A DNA stretch of 64,000 nt from Octopus vulgaris (GCA_951406725.2 OX597830.1:49352001-49416000), one strand, 5' to 3'; counted from the first letter of the stretch, positions 12,435 to 26,861 are shown. Numbers and translations are program-made. Notes: generated by a model from the sequence alone, not told the origin.

Positions 12435-13310
12435 GTGGCATGTGTTCCTGAAAAGTAACCATCCGCCATCACCTCCTTTACACATTACGTTCAGCCATTG
12501 TTATGTGTATCTCTTACTTTCCGACTTTGTCCTCCATATTCTGTTTATTGAATAGCAACAATCTAATTAGGACAATATCTTAGCATCACGTCCTTTCAGG
12601 AGACATTGCTAACCTCTGACGGACAAGTAAATCTTTAACAACACACCAAGTTTCACATTGTCATTTGCTTTATAACAACAAATCTATCATTATACTTATC
12701 TTGATTTATTATTTCCCAAGTTTACTCAGCCTGGAATTATCATGTAGCGTATTCAGAAACGAGATAATAGCTACTCATATGGTTTATCAAATATACAATA
12801 TCAAAGTATTGTGTGATAAATTGTTTATTTTCCAGTCGATAAAAAATTATTACCTATGCACGTAATTTTCTAAATAACAGAGTCCATTATATTACTGAGT
12901 GTGTATATACGTGTATGTGTGTGTGCGGTGGGGGCGATGTGTATTATTCTAAGAAATATTTATCCTTTATTTTACTTCAAAGAACTCGTTGATCTTTTGA
13001 TCCTGTTTGTCATTGACTTCTCGTTGCGAATGAGCCGCAGCCAATCCTCTGTTTTCACTCACAACATCTTGTACCGCATTATTGGATATGTACTTTGTAA
13101 GACAGATAAAATACAATGAAGCCCATTCCTAACAAGATCGCTGGCCTGCGTTGCTGTATAAGAAGCTTGCTTTTCAGCTGTGTTATCTTCGGTTCAGTCC
13201 AACTGTGTGATGCAATTGGCAATTGTCTTCTACAATACAGCCGGACTGACCAAAACATTTGAGTGGAGTTGGTGGACGGAAACTGAAAGAAACGTCTGGT
13301 GTATATAATA

Positions 13311-13670
13311 TGGTGGTCGTCTACTTCTTATGCAGAGTTTGACCACCTCCTCTACCTACACCTTAGAACCATCATGGCGTCTGATGTGACATTTTAAACC
13401 AGGCAATATACTGAAAAACACCCACGTACATTGGACTTCTGATGTGGACTACCAAGGACTGCAGATTAAGTTCTGATCTTTGTGGATCGTAAAATGTCTT
13501 TTGAGGCCTCTGTTGGATTTGCAAACCTTCTGGTATACACTGCATCCAAAGGTGTGTATAGTCATATAGGCAGAATAGTTGGCGGAGATTCGTTTTTTAT
13601 GGGTGCGCAAATGAGATTTGAGCCCAGCAAAAGAAAGTCATGGTCTGTCACAAATTTTGCCGTAATGTGA
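13311..13670 (-). mobile_element. Probable RTE-like LINE 3' end with three degenerate C2H2-like zinc fingers
   Basis: One frame with stops: KICDRP*LSFAGLKSHLRTHKK...CSVYQKVCKSNRGLKRHFTIHK...CTWVFFSILPGLKCHIRRH...V*, followed by a short 3' UTR. Confidence 0.6.
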
Positions 13671-14192
13671 AATTCCGTGGCGTGAATTATATTTTCCTAT
13701 TTATTTTCATGTTATAAATCAAGATGGGATATTCAAAAAAGCCCTTAAAATATTCCAGCCACTTTTATTTTAAACATGAAAATAGTCTTTTAAGACAGAC
13801 CGTTGAATATATATATACATGAGATAATTGAAGAGAAAGGCGTATTAAGTAATAATACAATAGTATTATAGCACCGTATATATTCATAATTGTTGTGTGA
13901 TGGCAGATGATGCAATGCAAGTTATTTGGAGAAAGAATGATTCTGTTCTATGGTTCGTAGATCATCATTATTAGCGTCTGCTTCAGGGGTGGAGAAATTA
14001 CCCATACATCATTGACGTTAACGACATTATTTCTTTGTGCAATTCAGGGTAGGAACTGAGCTCCTAATTATCAGTTCGTCTTCAACAAAGACTAGCAAGC
14101 TTTCCTCTCTAAGTGACCGAACCTTCAACCATATTCTTTGCTCAAACCATTAGCCATATTCTGTGTGTGTGTGTGTGTTTATATATATATAT

Positions 14193-14602
14193 AGGCGCAG
14201 GAGTGGCTGTGTGGTAAGTAGCTTGCTTACCAACCACATGGTTCTGGGTTCAGTCCCACTGTGTGGCACCTTGGACAAGTGTCTTCTACTATAGCCTCGG
14301 GCCGACTAAAGCCTTGTGAGTGGATTTGGTAGACGGAAACTGAAAGAAGCCCGTCGTATATATGTATATATATGTGTGTGTGTTTGTGTGTCTGTGTTTG
14401 TCCCCCCCAACATCGATTGACAACCAATGCTGGTGTGTTTACGTCCCCGTAACTTAGCGGTTCAGCAAAAGAGACCGATAGAATAAGTACTAGGCTTACA
14501 AAAAATAAGTCCTGGGGGTCGATTTGCTCGACTTAAAGGCGGTGCTCCAGCATGGCCACAGTCAAATGACTGAAACAAGTAAAAGAGTAAAAGTGTAAAA
14601 GA
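14193..14602 (+). mobile_element. SINE family C (full length); a partial 3' copy follows at about 14640-14822
   Basis: Near-identical to 5281-5729. Confidence 0.85.
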
Positions 14603-15178
14603 ATATATATATGCCTGTGTGTGCGTATGTGTGCCTGTGTCTTGGTGTACTTGTCTCTACCACCGCTTGACAACCGGTATTGGTTTGTTTCCGTCCCCGT
14701 AAGCTAGCGGTTCGGCAAAAGTGGCCGATAGAGTAAGTACAAGACTTTAAAAAAACAAGTACTGGTGTCGATCTGTTCGAGTAAAATCTTCAAGAATGCA
14801 TCAAAGATAAATTGAAACAAAGATAAATTCTAATCCATTTGTGTTTGGGTGGTAAATATATACTTCGTCCTCTGTCCTAAGCTATTGATCCACAGAAATA
14901 TAGAATACTGATCAGAAGTAAACACGAATTAGAAATTAATCCTCTATGAAATCAATAAAAATCAAAAGAACTAATCCGATTTTAATCCGTAATTCAACGA
15001 AAGAATTTTTAGTTTTACACGCAAAGTGCATACTTCGCAGTATTTAGTTACTTACCATTTCGTCTTGAGAAAGAAACCTGCTATGATCATATCTTCCCTT
15101 ATCACTCGATCGATAAGCCAGCCAAGTACTAGATAGAAATTTATAGTCTATCCTAAGTTTGCAGTATTTGCTATAACT

Positions 15179-15625
15179 TATTTCCTTACTGCCCATAAGG
15201 GGCTAAACACAGAAGGGACAATCAAGGACAGGCAAACGGATTAAGTCGATTACATCGACCCCAGTGCGAAACTGGTACTTTATCTATCGACCCCGAAAGT
15301 ATGAAGGGCAAAGTCGACCTCGGCGGAATTTGAACTCAGAACGCAACGACAGACGAAATACCCATTTCTTTACTACCCACAAGGGGCTAAACACAGAGAG
15401 GACAAACAAGGACAGACAAACGGATTAAGTCGATTATATCGACTCCAGTGCGAAACTGGTACTTTATTTATCGACCCCGAAAGTATGAAGGGCAAAGTCG
15501 ACCTCGGCAGAATTTGAACTCAGAACGCAACGACAGACGAAATACCGCTAAGCATTTCGCCCGGCGCACTAACGTTTCTGTCAGCTTGCCGCCTTATAAC
15601 TAACGTTTCTGCCAGCTCGCCGCCT
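15179..15625 (-). mobile_element. SINE family B variant with tandemly duplicated body and an alternative tail
   Basis: Two units of about 184 bp (15179-15362 and 15364-15546), then the head, itself partly duplicated. Confidence 0.8.
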
Positions 15626-16634
15626 CGTATGCATCAATATATATGGCAAAAGACAATCTCAATCAGTTGAAAAATATCTGCCGATGCGAATTCATGCGCG
15701 GATGATTTTATATATTTGCATATATTTAAATATCTTTAAAAAAATGCTTTAAGTTTTTAATTAATACACTCTACACTTTCATTCCTCACTTGATGAGAAA
15801 CTTGAAAATAAATAGAGGAAAAGAAACAATAGCGACAAGAAATTCCTGAATAATGATATTTTCTAATATTTTGTTTACCTATGGGTATGTAAGTGTTTAA
15901 CGTATGTGTGCGTGTGAGAGAGAGAGAGAGATTGTCACTGTGTGCACGTGTGTGTCTATATATGTATGTAGTACTTCATTAGGTAAGGAAGTATATTATA
16001 CGTACAATTTCTTTATATCCATTTATCAATCATATTTCTTAACCCAGCTGCGAACAATTTCAAGTCAAAATGGAAATCTTGCAATCTCATTATAATGAAG
16101 CATATAGCGTGATTAATTGTAATTTTAATAATATTTCTATGTACGTGTGAGAAGCAGGCCTTTCCGTACACTGCACCCCATGCAGTCGAGCAGAAATGTG
16201 AGATGGCCAAAAACATAGAGCAAGAGCAGCGAAATACACAGACACTCATACATTAGGATTATGAACAGATATAAAGGAAATGAGAAACAAGCAATCTAAG
16301 AAATATACAAAGATGCAAAGAAAAACCTCAAATATATCAATATCATGGTCATTATCTTATACGCTATTTAATCATTATATCGTTACTGATAATACAGATA
16401 CAAAGTATAGAAGAAAATATGAATTCAGAGAATCAAGCGGCATTCATAGTAAGCACTTCTTTGGGAACCGGCAATCACTTTACCTAATAATCAATTACAA
16501 TGTTGAGTAATAGGATATGTTCTTGTCACCGAAAACCCAAGGACCCTAAAAATAATTTTTTACCGAACAGTATACACACACATAAGCATTCAATTGTAGT
16601 GATAGATAGTGAGTTAGATAGACAGTTAGGTAAA

Positions 16635-16704
16635 TAGATAGATAGATGGATAGATAGATAAATGGATAGATAGATAAATAGATAGATAGATGAATAGATA
16701 GAAT

Positions 16705-16742
<38 letters not shown>

Positions 16743-16743
16743 C

Positions 16744-16803
<60 letters not shown>
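16635..16803. repeat. (GATA)n microsatellite
   Basis: Directly visible. Confidence 0.95.
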
Positions 16804-16804
<1 letters not shown>

Positions 16805-17827
16805 TAGTTGTTGTAGTTGCCTCATGCACATAAAACTTTCGGTGTTGAATACTGGATTAAAGAGGCCGTAATGTGCACATATCATTAGATATCAATATAA
16901 TTAATAGCGAAATGCAGTAGAACTGTGTCAGTGACCAGGTTACAGACAATGTGACGAAAAGTTTGACACCAAATGTTAAATGATTGAGTGAAGTTAACAG
17001 ATTCGGTAATTTTCAAATGGGAAACGCGTCATCCAAGCTGTAACTGTTTTAGTTTCAACGCACCATCTCAGATGATATTATTGACAGACAAGTGCAACTC
17101 GGAAATGAAGTGAGTTAGTTTCAACTGGAATAGAAAAAAAAAAAGCTACCGATTTCAATGTCAAGTTGATGAGACTAGGGCGATGCAGACCATATAGAAC
17201 CATTACGTTAAGATATAGAATATATACTAAAAAAAAACAAACTTGAATGATTCAGAAAATTATGGAAATCCATGCAAAGTAAATTCTTTATCAAATATTG
17301 TCATTTTTATAGCTACCTTTTAAAATACTGGAAGGCAACACTACAAAAAGTATTTTTGTATACAGAACCCCACCACACACACACACACAATCTTCTAACC
17401 TCGTAGCCTCTATAATTTTTCACTATAACAGTGCAGATAATTACCTCCGTTTTATTTTTCCTTCCTGTTTCACCTACAAATTGACTTTATAAATTCCCCT
17501 ATATTTCTTTTACTCTTTCTTATGTTCTTTTTTTATTAATATCATTTTTATTCTTATATTTTCGTTTTTATTTTCGTTCGTCATACAATTCTCTTATCGC
17601 CGAAAGGAAAACTAACTCACTCCCGATTGTGTATAAATGCAATAAGCTATCTCTTGTACTACAGGTTTAACACTGTACCAAGTCAGATTATTTTTTTGTA
17701 CATGTCCTGGTTCCGACACGGTGGTTCTGGTTAGCCTCTAGTGATTATAGATGTAATTTTTGAATTAGATATGAATTGAAGTAATGAAGTTTTATCTTTA
17801 ACGAGGTATATTTTATTATATTTTATC

Positions 17828-17896
<69 letters not shown>

Positions 17897-17925
17897 TACA
17901 CGCATACACACACATCACACACACT

Positions 17926-17966
<41 letters not shown>

Positions 17967-18093
17967 TTCATTCTAAACTTGTATTAAATAGCCGTTTTCG
18001 TAAACAAATATCACTCCTCATATGTATACATACTGGTTGTGTGCAATCAATCAAACACAAACGTATGTAAGAATACACACTCACACATACACA

Positions 18094-18222
<129 letters not shown>

Positions 18223-18258
18223 TGTTTGTGGAATGGATGGATGCAAAAGCCATATACG

Positions 18259-18290
<32 letters not shown>

Positions 18291-19354
18291 TACATATATA
18301 TATCATGCACATATGTGTATGCACACACTAACGTATCTCTGTGTATGTGTGTGCGTATCAGATATTATGAATAACATAATGTACTTTCTCACAAATACCG
18401 AAATAAATCAATAAAAGATAATAAAATGGTATTCTGGTTCAGTGATATTCTATTTCAGATTGGAATTAATGCAGAAAGGATGATAAGGTTAAGTGAAAGA
18501 TTACTTCTCTGATATCGTCATATGTCTGTTCTGATAGGAATCAGCGTAATAAGGAACGGTGATAGCTGCATGTAGTGTGGTAAGTCACTTCTATGTTGGA
18601 TGTACAGAAGGTTTCTATTTTTTTGGTTTGGTTTCTGCGAAGTTAATAAGTTAGAGGTCGACTCATGATTGAAGCCTATTCATGTGTGAATTGCTAATGT
18701 ATCAATTTTACATGATGTAGCAGATATATAGATACAACTGAAACTGGGATTATATTTTTGAAAACTATTGAGCTCATGTATGCCAGAGATCTGTCGTTGC
18801 TAGTCTGAAAATATATTTAATCACTGTCCAAATAGCTGAACGTCACCAGATGATCATTGACGTGTTTCACAGAGTGAAAATACGTCATTCAATATTTCTA
18901 GTCTCGAAAAGAAAAATTCTGATTCTCCATTTCTTTATGCAATTTTGTATGAGGAGAAAAGATTGTATCATTGTCATTGGAACCCCATCCTAATCCACAA
19001 AACACACACACACACAGACATACACTCACCGACACACACACACACACAAACTGGAAAGGAGTGCGTGATATGTCTATCGTTCTATCTGTGATGTAGCAGA
19101 AAGAAGACAGAGTGTGCAGATTTTAGAGGGTTGCATTATAGACAGGAAGGATTAGGCCAAGATTTTTGAGGAATGTTTTCAGTATGATTGGCACTGTTGA
19201 TGTGTCACTTCAGGAACAATAATGCAGACAGCAGGGGACAAGTGTTAGACACAGACTCAACATAGTTTCTGGTTATGTTGATAGGATCCATCATGTTGTT
19301 AGTTTTCACGCGTTTAGAATAATAATGATAATGATAATGATGATGATGATGATG

Positions 19355-19422
<68 letters not shown>

Positions 19423-19429
19423 TATGAAA

Positions 19430-20195
19430 CAGCAGAAACAGAGGGATTTTTAATTGCAGCACAAGACCAAAGCCTCCCCACCAGAAATTACCAAAAACAT
19501 GTAATGAAAAGAAATATTACAAGTAACTGCAGAATATGTGGAGATGGACAAGAAACAATAAATCATATTATCTCTAGCTGCCCAGTCCTGGCTAAGAAGA
19601 ATATATTCACAGACATGACAGAGTTGGAACTTACATACATTGGAAGCTATGCCAACATTATGGAATAACAACAGAAAAAAGATGGTATAGGCACACACCA
19701 GAAAAGGTCACAGAAAACGAGAAAGCAACCATACTCTGGGATATGCCGATACACACAGATAGAGAAATTAAGGCCAACAGACCAGATATAGTTGTCAGAG
19801 ACCATGAAGAAAAAAATGCTTTCTAATTGATGTATCAGTACCGGCAGATGACAACGTGTCTCTAAAAGAAATGGAGAAACTCTCAAAATACAAAGACCTG
19901 GAAATAGAGGTAACTAGAATGTGGAATCTGAAAACAGAAACAATTCCTATCATAGTAGGTGCATTAGGCATGATAAAAAAATATTCAGACAAATACATAA
20001 CAAAAACACCAGGACTTACAAACACATATAACATACAGAAAATTGCACTACTAGGCACTGCACACATCCTACGCAGAACACTTCCCATACAATAACCATC
20101 AGAGCATCACAACAAATCACAGCACATACCCAAGGCACACAGAGCTGCGCTCGGTAGTGAAGTGAAAGCACGCTATAAAAATAAAAATAAAACTA

Positions 20196-20198
<3 letters not shown>
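19430..20198 (+). mobile_element. 5'-truncated R4/Dong-like LINE (CCHC knuckle, RLE, 3' UTR), frameshifted
   Basis: AETEGFLIAAQDQ...CRICGDGQETINHIISSC...RHD...NRPD...KLSKYKDLEIE...LLGTAHILR; stop at 20095; (TAA)n on both flanks. Confidence 0.9.
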
Positions 20199-20229
<31 letters not shown>

Positions 20230-20271
20230 TTAATAATAATAATAATAATAATAATAATGATAATAATAATG

Positions 20272-20306
<35 letters not shown>

Positions 20307-20310
20307 AATT

Positions 20311-20371
<61 letters not shown>

Positions 20372-21520
20372 CATTTATTTGTCACTAGGGCAAAAGATGA
20401 TGGGCACTATACAAAGACTGCCACAAAATGATAAAAGAGTAAGTGTACACGATATACAATGAAAAGGAAAATACGAATAATAACGAAAATGATGATGATG
20501 ATGATCATCATGATATGTATAAGATACGAAGGTGATATTACTTATTACCTCAACAGATATTAAACATTGGTCTAGGAAGGCTGATAGCGTGTTACTGCAA
20601 AGTTTCCGGCGTTTGGTTGCATGTTTTGTCCTGTAGACCCCATGTGTAATAGCACGGATGTCATGCATGTCTTTGATGCTGAACAGAAATATAATAATCT
20701 ATGCCTGAGATCGTCTAATTAACCTGATCACACCTTTTGAGGATAGCTGTTCCAATAAACGTGAATACAGTAGTATATAATCACAAGGTCTCGAAGGTCG
20801 AAATATCGACTCCTTTTGTACAGGTAGAACTCTTTGGGGGGAAACTTCAAATATTTAGTGTACCGACCAAACCAAATGAGAAATAAAAATATATAATATG
20901 TGACCGGAAACTGTGTTCTACATTCCTGTCACAATTCATTTATTTCATAAAAGCAATTTAGCAGTATATATTTTGAGAGAAAGAAACTCCTTTGCTAATA
21001 ATTCAAAAATATTTTGTAATAGAAATAGAATTTGAGAAATGAAGAGAATATGCCATAAATCATAATAATGGTGAAAATATGAAATTGAAGAGAAGCTACT
21101 TGACAATGTTCCATTTGTAGTATATGAGTCAATTCTTCATCGTTAATAAAATATGTATATCTTTATGTCTTAACGTTGGTCATTAAATGGAGACAGTTTT
21201 TGTCATGGGAAATTTCACAATACAGATTTTATGCAAAGGATTCTACATCCTCGTCGATTATTACACATGATTACCTCCAAGAATGCTTACCGTTTCCCAT
21301 TTATCATCTTCAGTTTATCGTCTGTTATATTCTCTGAAATTTTGACTACGAAATCATTATCATATCGTGGCACATTCTATGAATCATTTTGTCCGTGGTT
21401 CTTTGTTCAAACCTTTTGTTTCAAACTGACTCACTACTTTATTTCTAAACATTTCACGTCTTCAAAATTGTATTTCTATAAATGTATTTCAATGATGGTG
21501 GGCAATAACTCAAGAAACGG

Positions 21521-21730
<210 letters not shown>

Positions 21731-22272
21731 TATTTGTATGTCTGCCTATCACTCTCTCGCCCTCTCTCTATCTGTCTATAACAGTTTGATTTGGCTCCAC
21801 ACAACTTAAAGCTTCCTAAACTCATCAAATGAACCACACTCGTCAGCTTCAAGGAAGTGAATGAGAAGAAGACCAGAGTGGTTTATGGGTATATAGTGAT
21901 CTCTTTGGTCAACGGACGTCATATAGTGTTAGCAATTTAGCAGCGATACCTGTAGTTACATGCTACTGATGTCACTGATAAATTTAGCTGCATTTACATA
22001 TGGAGATGTGCCAGGTACGCATACAATGACATACCTGATGTGCGCACTCGCGCACACACACACGCACACCAGGTAACTGCTGTCGCTTGCGAGCCAAATT
22101 TCTCTCTCTCTATCTCTCTCTCTCTCTCATTTGATTCCAAGATCTTAACAGTTAGATAAGTTCCACAAGCCTATGGAACATTAAGTTACATGGAGCTGAA
22201 CCAGACTCTTATCAAATGTATTATTTAATATATTATTAAATGATATATGTAACTCCTAGTTATTTGACAAGA

Positions 22273-22680
22273 CAATGCCTACTGATAGAAACATCTCAGC
22301 AAAGGAATTTGGAAAATCGTCGAAATATAAGGAACTTGAGATTGAGATATCTAGGACGTGGCAATTAAAAACCAAAGCAGGAAGGCGAAAAAATAGATAA
22401 GTACAAACCTCTTAAGTACGAAATATCCCGCCTATCGAAAATGAAGAAGGTGAAGATAGTGCCAACCATTGTTAGGTTTTTGGGAACACTATCAGAAGGC
22501 ATCAATAGGAATATAAAGGAAATTGGAATAGAGTGCTCAGTAGAATTGTTGCAATAACTTTGCCTCCTTGGCACGGCCAGAATAACCAGGAAAGTATTAG
22601 ATAGCTGAAAAGAACGGGTAATATGGTACCGCCATGCATGCAAGACACCAGGAGTTTCAACAAAACCTGTGTTAAAAATA
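22273..22680 (+). mobile_element. Degraded R4/Dong-like RLE C-terminal fragments (two joined pieces)
   Basis: MPTDRNISAKEFGKSSKYKELEIEISRTW then EKIDKYKPLKYEISR...VPTIV...CLLGTARITRKVLDS*. Confidence 0.75.
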
Positions 22681-23559
22681 AAATTTTGTATGGGAAGGGG
22701 TAACTTGATTCCATTGGCATCAGTACTCAACAGGGCTGATGTGATCTACCTCATTGGAACCCATTTTTCAATGATCTGGAAAGGATGAAAGACAAAATCG
22801 TTTAACCCATATTTGAACTCAGAATGTAAACGCAGGAGATATTCCACGAGCATATTGTCCAGCGCAGTAAAAATTCTGTCAGTTTGCCTCGTTAACATTA
22901 ACAATGATAATAAGTACAGCAACAGCATCATCAACAATCTAGTAATATCAACAGCAACATTAGCGACCATAGCAACAACTACATCAATATCAGTAATAAT
23001 TACAATATTAATAACATTCGCAGTGACAAACAGAAGACTCAGCTGCTGAAATGAGCAACTAAAAATGATAGTCAACTCTTGCTTAAATTACACTTTGCAG
23101 TCTTGAAGAAGACAAACCTTCTGTAATGTAGCACTTGATATATATGATGTATAACATGAGATGTATAGTATGATATATGTGATACATAATTGAGAAAGAA
23201 AATGAGGTGATGGCTACAGTTGGTATGCATTTGCTTTTAGATTTAATTTCTAAATAACAGGAGACTAAAATCAATAAGTGACTGAAGAACTTAATACAAA
23301 TCGTTAAAGCGTTTTCCAAACATCCAAAAATCAGTAGCCTAAGATGTATGTTGACAGTTAGCAACATGTGTTTGAATAATTATAACTTGTTAGTACCTGT
23401 CCTGTATCCAAGTTAGCTGTTGGTTTCTTAATTTGAGGCCCTTCCACCCTTTGATAGGATTTATTTTCGTTATTGCTGGTCGTCTCCATGCATTAAAAAA
23501 AACTCTAGGTGAAGTGATGACCTTTTATCGTCGACTGCTGATTCTGTTGAAGCAATCTA

Positions 23560-23880
23560 AATGAATGGACGATGGCGATTGCAAAGGCACTGTAAATCCT
23601 ATATTACTTCAATTGTCCATCTTTTCGGGAGTCAACCCCTCATGTTTTTATACCATCTTCCTCTCTGCCTTTTTTTCCTTCTACACAATTTTTCTCCAAA
23701 TACACCATTTTGCCACGCAGTACTAAAGTCCTCGGGGGCAGTACGGCCCCTTACATTTGTTTCTTAGATAAAGGAATTAAAGATCTGTTTAATCTCCTTT
23801 TATATCGTTAATTCTTCACCCGATCAAAGAGAATATTAAGCACTTCAAAGGGAACCAATTCGCAAAGAATATTTGTCAAG
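23560..23880 (-). mobile_element. Highly decayed RTE-like 3' fragment
   Basis: Plus-strand CCATCTTCCTCTCTGCCTTTTTTTCCTTC pattern is the antisense of EGK..RGRW-type RTE C-termini. Confidence 0.35.
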
Positions 23881-26249
23881 CAAGAATCGATAAAAGAACA
23901 ATTCAAAGAGAGATGGCAATATGTTCAATTAGCTTTGTCTAACGAACGAAGGAAAGATTCTGGCACCTGTTGAGACGAACAATAATTTACGATATGGTAA
24001 CTCTGTGTGTGCGTGCGTGTATGTGTGTGCGTGCGTGTATGTGTGTGAATGTGGATCGTGGGTTTTTGAATGTGTATGCATGTATGTTTATATGGCTATG
24101 CGTCCTTGTGCGTATATCGGTATCTGTACATATCTGTTTGTGGATATGTGCTGATGAGTTTTGTCAGTATAAGTGAATGAGTGTTGTGTTTAATGGTTGT
24201 AGCACACATATGTATGTATGTCTGTATGTATGTATGTATGTATGTATGTATGTATGTATGTATGTATGTATGTATGTATGTATGTATGTATGTATGTATG
24301 TGTGTGTTTGTACACGCGTGTGTGTGTCTTGAGTATGAATTCAAACTCCATCCAGCAATGGGATCCTGTTTCAAAAGGTCCCATGTTTTGAGGAGTGTGG
24401 TGCCACCGCTTAAACACCATTGTTCCTAGGTCTATTCTGACCCAGAGTAGTAGCAGCTGTTAACTAAAATATGTAATAGCAATCCATCCGAGCGTGGAGG
24501 CGCAGAAATACCCTTGGTTGGTATCAGGGTATGAAGTAAAAACACCGGAAATGAAGAAGCCTTAACTTTTATCACAGCAACGATTCAGGCGAAGGACACC
24601 CTGATGTAAATCCTGCGGGTTCACATGATTACTGGTCATCGCGTTACAACCTGTCACTAGGCACTAATCACACATTCAAAGAATGGTACATGTGATGTAC
24701 AAGCCTTTATCTCTATAATCCATGTATATGTTTATTTATGGTGATCTCATTTGTCGTTCCATCTATTGAAAGTCTTGTGTTAGAAGTGCCCAGTAATTTA
24801 CGACTTTCGTCTGTCCCTTATCATTCAATCACCCAGATCTGCAGCGGGACTGAGCTATCCACTGAAGGACCATTGCCGGAAAGTCAGAAATGCCATTAAC
24901 AACGTGGAGGCTCAAGGAGACAGTAATCATTTATGAAGATGGAGCAATCAACACACACACACACACACACGTACGCACGCACACATATTTACACTACATA
25001 CACACATACATGCATATATAAATATATACGTACATAAGGGACAGAGAAAGCGTAGTTTGTACTTTTTACACGTGTTTCATTAGGTTAGCAGACATCATTG
25101 TCAGGAGAATAAAACCCTGTTACCAATATAATCTTAGAAACTAGTTAGAAACTAGCAAATTCGTTATTTATGTTTACCGTATTGGAATTTTCGTTTAATA
25201 TTTAAAGTTTGTAGAAGTCCTATCATAGACTGTAAGACTTTTTCGGTTCATTGAAGATTCGGTCAAATATTAAGTGCACAAGTCAATGGTACCGTCCAGA
25301 AGAATTTGATTATTTCATTACTAATTCTATGAAACGACCCGATATTGGATGTTCGTTTAATACCATCATAATATAAAACTTCATTTTCTTTTGGATAATT
25401 TCTTTGAATTTCTAAGATAAAAGGTATCAGTTATTATGATAGATGAATCGGAATATTTGAATATTTTGCCTTTAAATATATTTTCTCGTAAATCATGACG
25501 TTAATTCAATAGCCACGTTCGAAAATCTGATAAAGAGCTATTTTGAATATATTTATACCAATTAGATAACTCACCACATCTGTAGTAACTAACAACCTAC
25601 TGTACTACTCTGCTCCTCTTACCCACCGTCACAGTGTGTTTGGAATGTTACTTTCTCCTTCTTGAATGTGGAATGGAATTGAAAATATATTCAGTATCTT
25701 TAGAATAATCATATAAGGTTAGGAAGACAGAAGAAATAATTATACATTAAGATAAATATTTAAAAAAAAACTTATAGAACTTAGAACTGTTATTTAACTT
25801 ACAGTTGAACAATATCGAAGTGACTCGCTGACAGTGGGGAGAAGAATACTTTGATTTTTCATTGTTTAAAATGTAGGGTCAGAATAAAACATCCCCAAGA
25901 TATTTTACATAATCACAACGACACAAAAATACAGATTAACACACACATAGAGATAAACACAGGCACATAAAAATACGCATACATATAAGGTTTCGGTGAA
26001 GAGGCATTTCACAACGATGCTGTTAATATTCAGTTCGAACAACTCCGATCGTTCTACTAGGTAGAAATAAGAACTAAATTTTGCTCTCGACACTGTGTTT
26101 AGATTGGTTGAATATATGCTTACACACTCACACGTAATTTCTTATGCGCACCACTAACCACGCAGACATTCAGGTATGTATATATACGCGCGCACGTAGA
26201 CACATACGCACACATACATCTTTCTATCAATCACTGTCTGTCTCACTCC

Positions 26250-26285
<36 letters not shown>

Positions 26286-26378
26286 AAATAATCGAGATTC
26301 AGATGAATTAGGTACTTAAGTTAAGGTGCCAAAAATTAGTGTGATATTATCCGTACAGTTTCAAAAAAAGTGAATAAA

Positions 26379-26783
26379 ATCAAAATAAGCAACAGGATAT
26401 CCAAAGATGATGCAGTACGATCGTTTCAAGCGACTCCATTTAATTGAAACAAGCAATCATTACATCAATTTAAGTGCAGAGCCTTCCTCAACTACATAAA
26501 TAAATAAAATAAATAAAACTCTAACTGGTTTTTCCCGAAGCCCTAGTAGCTTCTAAGCTGAAGTGAATACAGCATGGACTTTGTCTGTCTTCTTACTCTC
26601 TTAGAGGATTTAGGCAAAAGTGTACAAAAGTTTCCGACTGATTAAATAAATTCTATCTATTTTATTTATTTATGCAGCTGAGGATAGCTCTGCATTTAAA
26701 TTGAAGTAATGATTGCTTTGTTCAATTAAATGGAGTCGCTTGAAACGATCGTACTGCATCACCACTGGATATCCTGTTACTTA

Positions 26784-26790
<7 letters not shown>
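26379..26790. repeat. Inverted repeat (about 140-bp arms, about 130-bp spacer) of HHR-containing Penelope-like terminal repeats
   Basis: 26379-~26518 is the reverse complement of ~26652-26790 with scattered mismatches. Confidence 0.85.
26672..26759 (+). ncRNA. Type I hammerhead ribozyme motif with intact core and extended stem II
   Basis: ATGCAG-CTGAGGA-[long hairpin]-GAAA-C-GATC-G-TA-CTGCAT: stem I ATGCAG/CTGCAT, palindromic stem III ACGATCGT, GUA triplet. Confidence 0.7.

Positions 26791-26861
<71 letters not shown>

Noticed and set aside
24836-24925. Possible short exon (AG...GT, one open frame SAAGLSYPLKDHCRK)
   Set aside because: Weak splice sites, no recognisable protein and no partner exons.
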